Shown here piece after piece: positions 8,331 through 16,818 of a stretch of 60,111 nt of DNA. Within the stretch, counting starts at the first letter, position 1, and every line of letters begins with the position of its first letter. The position numbers and the translations under genes were made by a program. This DNA comes from a virus. Lineage: Duplodnaviria > Caudoviricetes. Under the pieces are notes generated by a model. It saw only the letters and a program-made list of their open reading frames with translations, did not search any database and was not told the origin of the DNA. Location of the stretch: IMG/VR virus record IMGVR_UViG_3300031774_000010, positions 1-60,111 of that record; one strand, 5' to 3'.

Positions 8331-10607
8331 ATGAGCGATAGCAATACTAAATCCGCAATCGATTCTATCGTTAAGTCGGTTATCGAACGTGATGGTTCTG
8401 GTACAGCAGATACGATGCTGATCAACGCCCATTTATCTCAAATGAAGATGTTTGGGATAAGGCAAGGAGTTGAGTTCTTTCCACAACAAGATAATTTAGG
8501 TACTCAAAGATTTGATTTTATTCAACAGGTTATTAAATTTAATAAATTAGATGCACGGCTTGATTCAATTTGGGATAGATTTTTAGCTTATGGAAAAGGT
8601 TTATTTTATATAAGACCTACAAGAAAAACTTATCGTATCTATTGGTTTGATAAAGATTCATATAGGACTTATTACACACCAGAGGGTGACTTAGAAGAGG
8701 TAATTATTATTTATGGGTACAAAGTTCGTTCTAAAAAGGGATTTAAAGGAGCTGGTTTAAATACAGATAAGCGTTATATGCGTTTACGTATTACTGCAAC
8801 TGAGATTGAAGAGTTTCATAGTGAACAAGAAATAACTTTTGATCAAGAAAACGTTAGTTTTGCATCTCAGAACAAGAAAGTATTAGAAAACACTATGGAG
8901 TTTATTCCATGTGTTGAAGTATTTAACAATCCTGATGCTTTCGGAACGGATGGAGCTGGTGAATTTGAGTGGTTAGGTAATCAAATAATTGCTCATGATG
9001 AGATGGTTAAAAACATAAGGGCAAACTTATCGTTCTTTGGTAATCCAACTTTATTATCTTCTCGTCCTAAGCAAGACATTGTTGAAAGTAGTTCAGATAG
9101 TGAAGTACAAAGACCAAGTATTTCAAGTCAATCAGGTTTTCAATCTAATTTTGATTTATCAAGTTCGACGTTCAAGCAAGATCCAGTAACTAGAACGCAG
9201 CCAGGTTATATAGGTAAACCCGGTTCAGGTCTACGTGTTCCAAGAGTTATTGCTAATTTGGAGCCAGCAGATCGTGTTGGTTTTATTACACCTAATGCAG
9301 TTAGTACCGATCAGGCGAGGTATGCAGAACAACTACGTAGTGAGCTACGGTTGGCCTTAGGAGGCATAGATGACCTAAGTATTACAAATGTAACCGCAAC
9401 GGAGATTAAATCGGCATATGGACGTGTCAGTGCTACTGCAAAGAAGAAATGCTTACAACTGTATACTTATGGAATTTGTAAGGTTTTTGAATTAATACTT
9501 TTTCAAGAAGAACAAATATTTAGAAAGTCACTTGCTTTTGTTTCTAATATTAAATATCCAATAGTTCCTGAAGATTTAACTGATGAAAAAGCAGTTGAAA
9601 AGTATGAAAAAGGAAAGATGAAATATGAGATTAAATTACAGCAAGCAGTTGATTTATCATTAGAAACAGGAGAAATACCAGATGGTGTTGTAGGACTGGC
9701 ACCCGATGGAGATAGGACTATCCTATGGCGTTGGATGGGTCCTGTTTATGAAGACACACCTCAAGATAAATTAAACCAATCTATCTTCACAAGAAACCTC
9801 CAAGAATTAGGCGTTGATAGCATAGAAGCACTGAAGTACCTATTTCCTTCTAAAACTGACGACGAAATAGCAACGATGCTATCTGGTTATCCGTTTAGAA
9901 TTGTAGGAGAGGTACAAAGAGCTTTCTCAGCTTTCATTGATTTAGCTAATCAAGAAATGAGAACGCCACATCCGCAGCAACCGAATTTACCGATGGCTGC
10001 AGATCCGAGATTAGATCTCACTCCATTTTTATATAAAACACTAGAGCAACTCCAGAAGGAATTAACTTATGCAGGACGCTACCGTAGCGCCGACCCAATC
10101 GGCACCCCAAGTATCCCAGACCCAGCCGACCAGCTACGTGGCTCCAGCGGCTCAGGCACCAGTGGCTCAGGCACCAGTGGTGGGTACAGCTCCCCAATGG
10201 GTGGCAACATCCCAGCCAATGGCGGCACCAGTTCCACAAGCGCAAGCGCAGATGGGGATAGCGGCTCCACAATACAGCCCTACACCGTCAAGTTACCAGG
10301 AATATCAGGCACCCCAACAGCAGGAGAGTCCATACAAGGAAGCCTTCAACAAGGTGGTCGGGCTCCTGAGTTCACCAGTCCAGTTCCCGTTCCAGGGTCA
10401 ACAGTCGACTCAGACTCCAGCAGCAGGCCAGGTCAACTACGCTTCCCAACAGACAACCCCATACAGCAACGCGGTTCAGCCGACCTCTATGCCTGGGACC
10501 GTGAGCAACCAGGATTACTCCAACGCCTCTTCCCAAACATCTACGGGGATAACAGCGGAGCAACTAGCGGCAAGCGGAGTAAGCGACGCAAGTCTTCAAG
10601 TAATTGA
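8331..10607 (+). CDS. portal protein with long low-complexity C-terminal extension
   Basis: Position between terL and scaffold/MCP; ~580-aa folded core with portal-like helical and WGPV-type segments. Confidence 0.75.
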   Translation: MSDSNTKSAIDSIVKSVIERDGSGTADTMLINAHLSQMKMFGIRQGVEFFPQQDNLGTQRFDFIQQVIKFNKLDARLDSIWDRFLAYGKGLFYIRPTRKTYRIYWFDKDSYRTYYTPEGDLEEVIIIYGYKVRSKKGFKGAGLNTDKRYMRLRITATEIEEFHSEQEITFDQENVSFASQNKKVLENTMEFIPCVEVFNNPDAFGTDGAGEFEWLGNQIIAHDEMVKNIRANLSFFGNPTLLSSRPKQDIVESSSDSEVQRPSISSQSGFQSNFDLSSSTFKQDPVTRTQPGYIGKPGSGLRVPRVIANLEPADRVGFITPNAVSTDQARYAEQLRSELRLALGGIDDLSITNVTATEIKSAYGRVSATAKKKCLQLYTYGICKVFELILFQEEQIFRKSLAFVSNIKYPIVPEDLTDEKAVEKYEKGKMKYEIKLQQAVDLSLETGEIPDGVVGLAPDGDRTILWRWMGPVYEDTPQDKLNQSIFTRNLQELGVDSIEALKYLFPSKTDDEIATMLSGYPFRIVGEVQRAFSAFIDLANQEMRTPHPQQPNLPMAADPRLDLTPFLYKTLEQLQKELTYAGRYRSADPIGTPSIPDPADQLRGSSGSGTSGSGTSGGYSSPMGGNIPANGGTSSTSASADGDSGSTIQPYTVKLPGISGTPTAGESIQGSLQQGGRAPEFTSPVPVPGSTVDSDSSSRPGQLRFPTDNPIQQRGSADLYAWDREQPGLLQRLFPNIYGDNSGATSGKRSKRRKSSSN

Positions 10608-11055
10608 TCATTTCGGTGCTGACGCTCCAGCAATTCTTAATGACTATGCTTGTAAGGTAGAAGATTCACTTATTAAAACTGATAGTCAGTTAAAGCAAGG
10701 TGTAGGTTTACTAAAACAGTTAAATGCTGAGCATAAGAAATATACAAAAATTCTTACTGATCCTAATGTTTTAGCAGACTATACAACAAAGTTCTTTGGT
10801 CCTAATGGTCCTCATCCTGTAACTCCTGCAGCACCTGCTCAAAGGCAACAAGCAGCGCCAACAGCTCAGAGAGTAGCTCCTCAACGTCCTGAGATGCCTA
10901 TTCCTCCACAGCCTCAAGCTGCCGCTTCTCCAAGTGATTTCTGGAATAACTTCGGTTCTGCTGCTGATAGAGATCCTCAAAATGCATGGAGGTATCTAAG
11001 TGCTGCCCAGCAAAATCCTGAGGTCTTCCGTCAGAAGCTCCTTGTAATGGAATAA
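10069..11055 (+). CDS. putative capsid scaffolding protein
   Basis: RBS GAAGGA upstream; Q/P/A-rich disordered N-half, helical middle; precedes MCP; followed by a terminator. Confidence 0.55.
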   Translation: MQDATVAPTQSAPQVSQTQPTSYVAPAAQAPVAQAPVVGTAPQWVATSQPMAAPVPQAQAQMGIAAPQYSPTPSSYQEYQAPQQQESPYKEAFNKVVGLLSSPVQFPFQGQQSTQTPAAGQVNYASQQTTPYSNAVQPTSMPGTVSNQDYSNASSQTSTGITAEQLAASGVSDASLQVIDHFGADAPAILNDYACKVEDSLIKTDSQLKQGVGLLKQLNAEHKKYTKILTDPNVLADYTTKFFGPNGPHPVTPAAPAQRQQAAPTAQRVAPQRPEMPIPPQPQAAASPSDFWNNFGSAADRDPQNAWRYLSAAQQNPEVFRQKLLVME

Positions 11056-11074
11056 TTTAAAACTTACTAAATAA

Positions 11075-11102
11075 GGGGTAGTTAGTTCTACCCCCTTTTT
11101 TT
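11075..11102 (+). terminator. intrinsic terminator
   Basis: GGGGTAG-TTAGTT-CTACCCC hairpin followed by a T tract. Confidence 0.85.
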
Positions 11103-11113
11103 CTTTAAAAACA

Positions 11114-11272
11114 ATGAATCAAGAGCTTGCACAAAGAGCAGTTGCATCTGCAGAAGAATATAAGAGACAGAAAGCAGCAGCTTTACAACCTAGTGGTCTT
11201 CAGATGGGTGCATTAGGAAAACCTGATGGATATATGCCACCTACAGGTTATTCTGCCTTTAACAGAGTTTAA
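11114..11272 (+). CDS. small hypothetical protein (52 aa)
   Basis: Manually read ORF MNQELAQRAVASAEEYKRQK..., fills the intergenic gap. Confidence 0.55.
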   Translation: MNQELAQRAVASAEEYKRQKAAALQPSGLQMGALGKPDGYMPPTGYSAFNRV

Positions 11273-11289
11273 ATATAAGCTTCAGTTTT

Positions 11290-11886
11290 ATGAAAGCTGT
11301 TATAGATACTATTAAAAATATTATTTCTCCAGAACAAAACTGGAGTAAGTTTTTAATGAAGATTATAGGTGTAGGAGTAGTAGCCGGTATAGGGTTTACA
11401 GGATATCAAATATACACTGGTTCCCAAGAAGAGGAAAAAGGACCCGATGATTCTATTGAAGTTATCTTTGAGGAGAAACCAGAGAAGAAATTAGAAGTAG
11501 AAGAGATATTAAATGATTTAACTAGAAGTAATAGAGATATTAGTTCCGTATGGTTATATGACTGGCCTGATGCACGAAATATAGTACCTGTTTTTAATTC
11601 ACCACGAAACTCTAGAGATCCTTTACCAAGCGGATATTGGATGCCTGGTGATGAAAGAGTTATTGGCAATTTTGTTCTTGGTTCTTGTACCAGATTGGAT
11701 AGAAAGTTTCCTAATGCCGCTTGCCCCATTATGGGGAAGGAGGATGCATGGGGAGTTCTTGTAGTTGAGTATACTAAAGCTCCAGAAGATGATCCTTTGT
11801 GTATTTTGCCTCAGAAGTCATGTGTAAGACCTGCGAAAGTAGCTTCTATGAAAATTAGTGAAACACTTTATTTATTACCTGATTAG
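11290..11886 (+). CDS. single-TM protein with GAF-like C-terminal domain
   Basis: TM segment FLMKIIGVGVVAGIGFTGYQIY; AACPIMGKEDAWGVLVVEY resembles GAF terminal strands. Confidence 0.4.
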   Translation: MKAVIDTIKNIISPEQNWSKFLMKIIGVGVVAGIGFTGYQIYTGSQEEEKGPDDSIEVIFEEKPEKKLEVEEILNDLTRSNRDISSVWLYDWPDARNIVPVFNSPRNSRDPLPSGYWMPGDERVIGNFVLGSCTRLDRKFPNAACPIMGKEDAWGVLVVEYTKAPEDDPLCILPQKSCVRPAKVASMKISETLYLLPD

Positions 11887-11932
11887 GCTAGGTAGTTATC
11901 AAACTTATATAATCTAGTTTATTAAGTCTTGT

Positions 11933-12007
11933 TATAATTCTTATAATGGAATTTATTTTCCAGTTCTAGAGGATTCATTCCTCAGGTATCAACAGCTTCG
12001 TGCTGTA
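11933..12007 (+). promoter_or_regulatory. MCP promoter (-10 TATAAT, two copies) and structured leader
   Basis: TATAAT at 11933 and 11942, followed by three short hairpins. Confidence 0.5.
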
Positions 12008-12022
12008 TAACCAAAACGTCTA

Positions 12023-13171
12023 ATGTTTATAGATAACGATTTCCCGAAACTTCTCGGAGCGGAATTGTATCGTCCCCATCCAGCTTACATCGTGGAAATG
12101 GCTTCCGAGCCAGTAGTAGTACATGATTTTACTAAGCAGCCTGGTCAGACTGTACAGCTAGACCGCTACAGATTCTTCGGCAATCCTGGAACAAAGACTA
12201 GCCGTGAGCGTACTCAGGATCAAACCATAGGTACAGCTAACAGCAGATCTATTGTCAAGGACAAGGTTCTTGTATCTCTTCGTGAGTACACAGGCCCAGC
12301 CGATCCAAACAACACAAATCTTCCTAGCACATTCAAGATTGCTAGAGAGACCTTGATGACAGCACAGCGTTTGCTGCTTGATACTGGGAACCTTAATATG
12401 TTCCACCAGTCAATCGGTAGTTTAACTCTGTTAGATGACTACCGTCGTTGGAGAGATAGAGTCTTCATTGATGAACTCTTTAAGAGTGAGTCAAGAGGCC
12501 AATCTTCTGATTCACAAGGTGGATACTACTATCCAAACGGAAAAGCAAAAACAAACTCAACTACTCTTACTGCATACACAGCTACAGAATATGCTTCTGA
12601 GCGCTTTAAGTTCAACGTAAAAACTGACCTTTTAGAAGTTGTAAAGAGTTTACGTAAGCGTCACGTACCTGTCTTTGAAGACGGATACTACAGATGTATC
12701 GCTGACCCTTCATTCATGAAGGATCTACGTGCAGACCAAGGCTTCCGTGAAGTTGCTCGTTACCCTGGAATGCCTGGACAAGGTTCTCCTTTGATGGGTG
12801 CTGGACAACCTAACCAAGCTATCTACGCTGGTGGTCAATTTGGCCAAGCCCAGTTTGTAGGTGGAGAGCCAGTCATGCCAAGCGGTTTCGTGTTCGAGGG
12901 AGTAAGATTCTTTGAGTCTACAAACTTCCCTGCTAAAACTATTACTGCTGATATCGGTGATGGTAATGGCGCAGGTTCCAAAACTACTCCTGCTGGATTG
13001 TTCTTCGGTCCTCAGGCTATCGGTGTAGGTATTGGTGGTCCAAACGCTCAAGTTCTAATTAATAACAACGACGACTTCAGCAGATTTATTATTCTGATCT
13101 GGCAGTTGTACGCTGGTTTTGCGAACTTGAACAAGGACTTCATCACTACAGCCTTCACAGTGGCTGAGTAA
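12023..13171 (+). CDS. major capsid protein
   Basis: 382 aa; strong codon bias (TTC/AAC/ATC); HK97-like features (YYRCIADP, GFVFEGVRFFES); position after portal/scaffold. Confidence 0.85.
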   Translation: MFIDNDFPKLLGAELYRPHPAYIVEMASEPVVVHDFTKQPGQTVQLDRYRFFGNPGTKTSRERTQDQTIGTANSRSIVKDKVLVSLREYTGPADPNNTNLPSTFKIARETLMTAQRLLLDTGNLNMFHQSIGSLTLLDDYRRWRDRVFIDELFKSESRGQSSDSQGGYYYPNGKAKTNSTTLTAYTATEYASERFKFNVKTDLLEVVKSLRKRHVPVFEDGYYRCIADPSFMKDLRADQGFREVARYPGMPGQGSPLMGAGQPNQAIYAGGQFGQAQFVGGEPVMPSGFVFEGVRFFESTNFPAKTITADIGDGNGAGSKTTPAGLFFGPQAIGVGIGGPNAQVLINNNDDFSRFIILIWQLYAGFANLNKDFITTAFTVAE

Positions 13172-13184
13172 GGAGGTATAACTA

Positions 13185-14006
13185 ATGGCAACTTACAAAT
13201 CTTCCGCTGGAGCTATTCTTCAGCCAGGTAACCAGATCAACCGTCTGTCCTCATACAACGATGAAGGTGTATTTGGATGGCCTGGGGTTGAAGCATTTGA
13301 ACTTATCGGTTATGCAAAGGTATCTAACCTTGCAGCTGCTAAAGCTTCATACAAGAGCTTTGACTTAACAGTTCCTTCACCAGATCGCCGTGTAGGTGAT
13401 CGTGTACGTAATGACCGTACAAGCCTCGTAGTACAAGCTGACGCAGCGCGTCCTGCATATGTCTATGGTGCTTCTATTTGCGTTGCACAAGATGTACCAT
13501 CTGCTGCACAGGACAGAGCAGGTTTTCCTGCAGCCCCTGTAACAGCTGATCTACTTGGTACCAACACTGAGGTTCTTCTTCTAGGACCTGACAATGGTGG
13601 TAATCCATATGGTATTCCTGCAGCTCCTATTAATGGATTGAAAGCAGCTTCTGCAAGTCTTTCTATTGGTGCTTCTGGAATTGCTCAAGGTACATCTGAC
13701 ACAACAGATGGAAACCTACCTTTCCTCAGAGTGATCGGTACATCATATACGCAAGCTGATTTTGCGGATGCAATGATGTATCAGACAACTTCTGATCTTA
13801 CTTTCAAGGTTTACAACGTAAACGCTACTACTAACACAACACCAACTGGTGATGGTGTTTATATTAGCCAAGACGATTCTGACGCTGGTCGCGAAGCATA
13901 CATCGTATGTCGCGTGAACTATCTACGTCCTGCTGCTGCTGTATCTTGGAATGATGTTCAAGGCTTTATTGACTTTGCATCACAAGTAGGTGGAAACGAC
14001 GAGTAA
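13185..14006 (+). CDS. putative capsid decoration / abundant structural protein
   Basis: Perfect RBS AAGGAGGT, co-transcribed with MCP, followed by a terminator. Confidence 0.6.
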   Translation: MATYKSSAGAILQPGNQINRLSSYNDEGVFGWPGVEAFELIGYAKVSNLAAAKASYKSFDLTVPSPDRRVGDRVRNDRTSLVVQADAARPAYVYGASICVAQDVPSAAQDRAGFPAAPVTADLLGTNTEVLLLGPDNGGNPYGIPAAPINGLKAASASLSIGASGIAQGTSDTTDGNLPFLRVIGTSYTQADFADAMMYQTTSDLTFKVYNVNATTNTTPTGDGVYISQDDSDAGREAYIVCRVNYLRPAAAVSWNDVQGFIDFASQVGGNDE

Positions 14007-14029
14007 TATTTCTTACTCTTAAGAGAATC

Positions 14030-14056
14030 AAGCGGGTCCTTGTGGCTCGCTTTTTT
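14030..14056 (+). terminator. intrinsic terminator
   Basis: AAGCGGGTC-CTTGT-GGCTCGCTT stem followed by a T tract. Confidence 0.8.
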
Positions 14057-14089
14057 CTTGTCTATACTTAATAAGATTTTTAACTTGTT

Positions 14090-14182
14090 ATGCAATTTAT
14101 TACAATGATGTTAATTGTTGGTGTTACTTTAACTATTTTTGGAATGTTTATGAATAATTCTCATCCAAACCATCCAAAGTAA
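14090..14182 (+). CDS. 30-aa membrane peptide
   Basis: Manually read MQFITMMLIVGVTLTIFGMFMNNSHPNHPK; TATACT -10-like box upstream. Confidence 0.4.
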   Translation: MQFITMMLIVGVTLTIFGMFMNNSHPNHPK

Positions 14183-14236
14183 AGTTGAAATCAAAGGTAG
14201 ACACTGGTATGCTAATCAGAGGTTAACAATCAAGTT

Positions 14237-14677
14237 ATGTTGTATCAGTACAGACCTACAGGTGGTTTAGTTGAAGTTGTATCTCAACATGGCGAAGGAG
14301 TTATGATGTGCGTAGATGCACAAGATGAAGTCATATATGCGGATGAGACAGATTTAATCCCCCAATTAGATGCTACTAATGAGAAGATTAGGACAGAAGA
14401 AAGACTTACTGCAGAATTAAAAGCTGAAGGAGCTAGTCCAGATAAGCCAACACCCCGTGAAAGTTTTCCAATTGATGTTCGTGTAAATATTAATACAGCG
14501 AGTGCTCGCCAGATAGCAGATGCATTGCCTGGAGTAGGTTTAAAGACTGCAAGAGATATAAAAGATTTACAAACGACATGTTCTGGAGAGCGTTTTCAAA
14601 AGCTAGAACAACTACGTTCAATTAAACGAGTAGACTGGGATACAATTTTTGGTGAAAATCTCGTGCGTGTGGATTAA
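14237..14677 (+). CDS. helix-hairpin-helix (ComEA-like) DNA-binding protein
   Basis: VNINTASARQIADALPGVGLKTARDI...F..LEQLRSIK. Confidence 0.8.
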   Translation: MLYQYRPTGGLVEVVSQHGEGVMMCVDAQDEVIYADETDLIPQLDATNEKIRTEERLTAELKAEGASPDKPTPRESFPIDVRVNINTASARQIADALPGVGLKTARDIKDLQTTCSGERFQKLEQLRSIKRVDWDTIFGENLVRVD

Positions 14678-14763
14678 AAACGTTCGTTCTGATGGTTGGA
14701 GAGGGGACGATGGGGAGAACCTATATAAAGTAAACTAGGGAAAGGATTACCTGTTATTAGTTA

Positions 14764-15243
14764 ATGAAGCTTGATACTTTTTTAAAGTCTAAGGTTAGGT
14801 GGCACTTAGGCTATAACTTAACTTCTGTACCTGCTGGTGACCAAGGTCGTCTTGAAGAAGCGTTAGATAATATTCAAGATTCTTATTGGTATGACAAAAT
14901 TGTTGAACAAGTTAGTCGTTGTGATGAAGCTGAAAAACGAACTGATATGACAGGAAGTGTGAACAATTTTTCACCTCCTAAAGGTCGTATTGAAAGTATT
15001 GCTGGAGATGTTGATCGTACAATTTCAACTTCGGATTTTAAAGATACGTTAAAAACTTGGACACAAATTTATTTATATGAGACAGATAGATTAGCTCTTC
15101 ATTTATATGTACCAAACTATAGAAATCCAGAGCAGGCTAGATATAGATTTAATAGAGAAGGTGCTGAATTTATTCAAGCATTACCTGGTCCAGCTGATGT
15201 AGCTGTAGGTACCAGACTTGTTTTAGAAACTAATTATCGATAG
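14764..15243 (+). CDS. putative head completion / adaptor protein
   Basis: Helical 159-aa ORF downstream of head genes; positional inference. Confidence 0.4.
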   Translation: MKLDTFLKSKVRWHLGYNLTSVPAGDQGRLEEALDNIQDSYWYDKIVEQVSRCDEAEKRTDMTGSVNNFSPPKGRIESIAGDVDRTISTSDFKDTLKTWTQIYLYETDRLALHLYVPNYRNPEQARYRFNREGAEFIQALPGPADVAVGTRLVLETNYR

Positions 15244-15285
15244 TGTTTTCCCTGTTATTCTTAGTAATAGGTCAACTAAAATTTC

Positions 15286-15630
15286 ATGGCTATAACTTAT
15301 TTTCAAGACACTATTTTTCAAACTGATAGTGCTTTATCAGCTATTGGTGTTGGTACCGCTTTACGAGTAGCTGTAAACAATACTTTTAACACAAAAGACT
15401 ATACTCTTATGGTTACTGTTGCCACCATAAATACTAATGTAAAAGTTAGTTTAGAAGGAAGTATTGATGGAATAAATTATGCAGAGATTATTGAAGAAAA
15501 GACAATAACTGCTAATGGGAATTATGCTTACAACGTTGCAAATACTCCTGTTAGATGGATTAGGCCAAGATTTATTTCAGAAACTGGAGGAACTGATGCC
15601 ACTGTAGTCTTCAGTGTAGCGGCTTCTTAA
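15286..15630 (+). CDS. small beta-rich structural protein
   Basis: VSLEGSIDGINY...RWIRPRF jelly-roll-like pattern. Confidence 0.5.
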   Translation: MAITYFQDTIFQTDSALSAIGVGTALRVAVNNTFNTKDYTLMVTVATINTNVKVSLEGSIDGINYAEIIEEKTITANGNYAYNVANTPVRWIRPRFISETGGTDATVVFSVAAS

Positions 15631-15631
15631 A

Positions 15632-15802
15632 ATGTCTATACGTCCTACTACCAAGTTAGGTTATAGAGAAGGAATAAGACCTCACCGTTGGAGAGTAAGA
15701 AATCCCTATGAAAGAGAATATGGCGGTGGTGAAAAATTTAGTAGTTCGAGAGAGCCAAGACGATATGCAGGAACTAAATTAGGAGTTGATTTAAGATCAT
15801 GA
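15632..15802 (+). CDS. small Arg-rich hypothetical protein (56 aa)
   Basis: Manually read ORF; ATGA overlap with the next ORF. Confidence 0.5.
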   Translation: MSIRPTTKLGYREGIRPHRWRVRNPYEREYGGGEKFSSSREPRRYAGTKLGVDLRS

Positions 15803-15975
15803 GAATGGCTGCTATCGGTTCTATTATTCCAAATTACAAAGCTGCTCCCCATGGCATAGGTTATTCAGATAAAGCTGTAAGACCACAAGATTTAGGAGTT
15901 TGGGAGACATTTGAGACTATGTCAAATTGGGAAACTTTTCCTCGTGATTGGACTCATGTACAGAGTTACTTTTAA
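15799..15975 (+). CDS. small hypothetical protein (58 aa)
   Basis: Manually read ORF with AGGAG upstream. Confidence 0.5.
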   Translation: MRMAAIGSIIPNYKAAPHGIGYSDKAVRPQDLGVWETFETMSNWETFPRDWTHVQSYF

Positions 15976-16027
15976 CTGTAAAAAACTCTTCCGTTATAAT
16001 AGATTTTAAATCTACTAGTAAATAAAC

Positions 16028-16813
16028 GTGTCAAGCAGTAGTTCAAATAAACAGCCATTAATGGTAGATCGTCCAGCGACAACATCTACCCTCGTAACTG
16101 TTGCAGCTGGTCAGAGTTTTGGTACAAGTTTTACGCCAACAGCGGTTGGTAATGCGGTAAAAGTTTTTGATGCAGACTCTTCTTTAACAGATACGTCTAT
16201 TAGTGGTGCATATATTGATGAGATCTGGTTCCAATACGGGAAACATGAAGTTGAATTTATGGCGCCTAGTGCTGGAACTTTAGGTACTTATTCTGCTAAT
16301 ACAACAACTTGTACAGTTACTATTACTGCTGGTCACCATATAAAGGTAGGACAGGAAGTTAAATTAGATTTTACAACTTATAGCGGAGGAGCTGTACCTG
16401 TTGATAATACTTTTACTGTTATTAAGACAACTGCTACAACTTTTGATGTAACAATACCTTCTCAAGGTGCTATTACTGGTAACGTTACTGTTTATCAACC
16501 CACTTTATTTTGTTTTTATTTAGTAAGTACTGGAACTGTTACAAATACAAACCAATTCTTCCCATTATTTACTGCGAGTATTGATTCTGTAGCTTCTAAA
16601 CAAAATTATAGTTTAACTTTAAATGAAGATCTACCTTTTATTAATCATCCAGTAGTTCAAGCAGGTTCTAATTTTGTTACTGCAAATAATGAGGTAGCTC
16701 CAAAACAACGTGGTCTTATGTTAAAAAGAGGTCAGGCTTTATACGTAGCAGCTAATGGGTCTACGGCATTAACAACTGGTTTCTATTGTAATCTTCAAGG
16801 TGGTTATTATTAA
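16028..16813 (+). CDS. virion structural protein
   Basis: Thr-rich beta protein with one TVTIT..HH...G..V barrel module. Confidence 0.6.
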   Translation: MSSSSSNKQPLMVDRPATTSTLVTVAAGQSFGTSFTPTAVGNAVKVFDADSSLTDTSISGAYIDEIWFQYGKHEVEFMAPSAGTLGTYSANTTTCTVTITAGHHIKVGQEVKLDFTTYSGGAVPVDNTFTVIKTTATTFDVTIPSQGAITGNVTVYQPTLFCFYLVSTGTVTNTNQFFPLFTASIDSVASKQNYSLTLNEDLPFINHPVVQAGSNFVTANNEVAPKQRGLMLKRGQALYVAANGSTALTTGFYCNLQGGYY

Positions 16814-16818
16814 AGATA

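Noticed and set aside
14237-14677. psbU
   Set aside because: Shares the HhH fold but has no lumen-targeting signal; the VNINTAS...LPGVG motif fits ComEA-type proteins better
14686-14721. Hammerhead ribozyme
   Set aside because: CTGATGG differs from the CUGAUGA core and the required stems and GAAA are missing
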